Positions 62,875 through 64,000 of a stretch of 64,000 nucleotides of DNA are shown here, piece after piece (the first letter of the stretch is position 1; each line of letters starts with the position of its first letter). The stretch is taken from assembly GCA_965197745.1 (NCBI GenBank), contig CBDANS010000007.1:1440001-1504000 (forward strand). The letters run 5' to 3'. The notes beneath the pieces are model-generated. The model was not told the DNA's origin, ran no database searches, and saw nothing but the letters and a program-made list of their open reading frames with translations. A program made the translations under genes and the position numbers. This DNA comes from Opitutales bacterium. GTDB taxonomy: Bacteria > Verrucomicrobiota > Verrucomicrobiia > Opitutales > PNEW01.

Positions 62875-64000
62875 ATGACTAAAATTTTGAAATATTGTGG
62901 GCTTCTCTTTCTCACGAGTTGTTGTTTTTTCGGATTTTTGTATTTCTGGAGTGATGTCTTAAAGCCGAAATTGGAGGAGGAACCCATTCACTATAGCCGT
63001 GAAGCCATTGAATACACGGAAAATTTAAGGGATGTCAGTTTCACCGAGGATGACCTTTTCAAAATACAACAGGATGTCGATTACGGTGAGGGAAAGTCAG
63101 GCCCGTGGTACCCTAAAGGCGAGTCGTCCATTCTTGCCGAACTGGTGAATGAGGACAAACTGCCACCGGTAGCTGAGCGTGTGGGATTCGAGCCGGTTGT
63201 GCTTAAAGGAGTGGACAGTATCGGAAGCTATGGCGGCACTTTTTTTCAGGTGGTAGGAGCACCATACCAGGCGAGCTTCAACGGAAGCTTCTATGCAGGA
63301 TCCACGCTTGTTCGCTGGTCTCCACTCGGTTACCCGATCGTGCCTCACATAGCCAAGGGTTGGGAGTCAAGCCCCGACAAGAAGGAATGGACATTTTACC
63401 TGCGAAGAGGCATGAAGTGGTCTGACGGTCACCCTTTTACTGCCGACGATATTCTCTACTGGTGGGATAAAGGTATAGCATATGATTTATACATAGAGCT
63501 TCCGGATTGGATGAAAGTAGGGGGAAAGACAGGAAAGATTGTCAAAATCGATGATTACACGATTAAATTTGTTTTTCCTCAACCCCATGGAGCATTTCTT
63601 GAAGGTCTGGCTGGAGCCATAGATTATTGCTCACCTCGACATTACCTGGAAAAATATCACCCGGTGTTTGGTGATGAAGCCCTCATCGAGGCAACCCTGG
63701 AGGCAAGAAGGTTGCCTTCGCGTAAGAGCCTCTACGCCTTATTGCAACTCTGGAATAACCCCGAACACCCTCGTCTATGGCCCTGGGTCTATCGCACTTT
63801 TAAAGCCAACCCCCCCCAGACTTTTGTTCGCAATCCCTACTACTGGGCTGTCGATACTGAAGGTAATCAGCTCCCCTATATTGACCAATTATTTACCGAA
63901 GTAAAAAACTATAAGCTTATGCCTATAGCCGCGGCTAATGGGACCATCACCTTTAAAATTTTTGGCAGTATGGATTTCAATTATACGCTGCTCATGTCAC
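62875..64000 (+). CDS. Second family-5 SBP paralog of 52867 (probably also permease-fused); runs off the window
   Basis: ATG at 62875 gives MTKILKYCGLLFLT..., colinear with 52867 onward; no stop seen in the window. Confidence 0.85.
   Translation, partial: MTKILKYCGLLFLTSCCFFGFLYFWSDVLKPKLEEEPIHYSREAIEYTENLRDVSFTEDDLFKIQQDVDYGEGKSGPWYPKGESSILAELVNEDKLPPVAERVGFEPVVLKGVDSIGSYGGTFFQVVGAPYQASFNGSFYAGSTLVRWSPLGYPIVPHIAKGWESSPDKKEWTFYLRRGMKWSDGHPFTADDILYWWDKGIAYDLYIELPDWMKVGGKTGKIVKIDDYTIKFVFPQPHGAFLEGLAGAIDYCSPRHYLEKYHPVFGDEALIEATLEARRLPSRKSLYALLQLWNNPEHPRLWPWVYRTFKANPPQTFVRNPYYWAVDTEGNQLPYIDQLFTEVKNYKLMPIAAANGTITFKIFGSMDFNYTLLMS

Overview
The first ~20.5 kb is stable-looking chromosome from an environmental bacterium, probably Verrucomicrobiota/Opitutales-like (inferred from gene content, not proven). 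It carries a coupled operon (HemN-like radical SAM, chorismate-lyase-like protein, flavin-dependent halogenase, GT4, thioesterase, DMT protein, aryl-CoA ligase, ABC transporter). It also holds a REP-flanked RAYT transposase, a PQQ-type propeller, a TonB receptor, an esterase and a DUF1800/DUF1501 pair. After tRNA-Ser(GGA) at 20569-20658 the rest is an accreted, decaying island region. It contains repeated tRNA 3'-end (att-like) fragments, one intact and one broken integrase, IS3 copies, a terminase remnant, catabolic cargo (sialidase, sulfatases, symporter, PhyH dioxygenases, fused ABC SBP-permeases) and several chimeric fragments including a 5' piece of prfB. The most striking feature is an expanded family of four full-length and two fragmentary secreted proteins. 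Each has two tandem N-terminal domains with hypervariable loops, an Ig-like domain and a highly conserved C-terminal domain, and the copies are mosaics of one another. A second notable feature is a family of 24-34 nt hairpin micro-insertions that land in other repeats and in IS genes.
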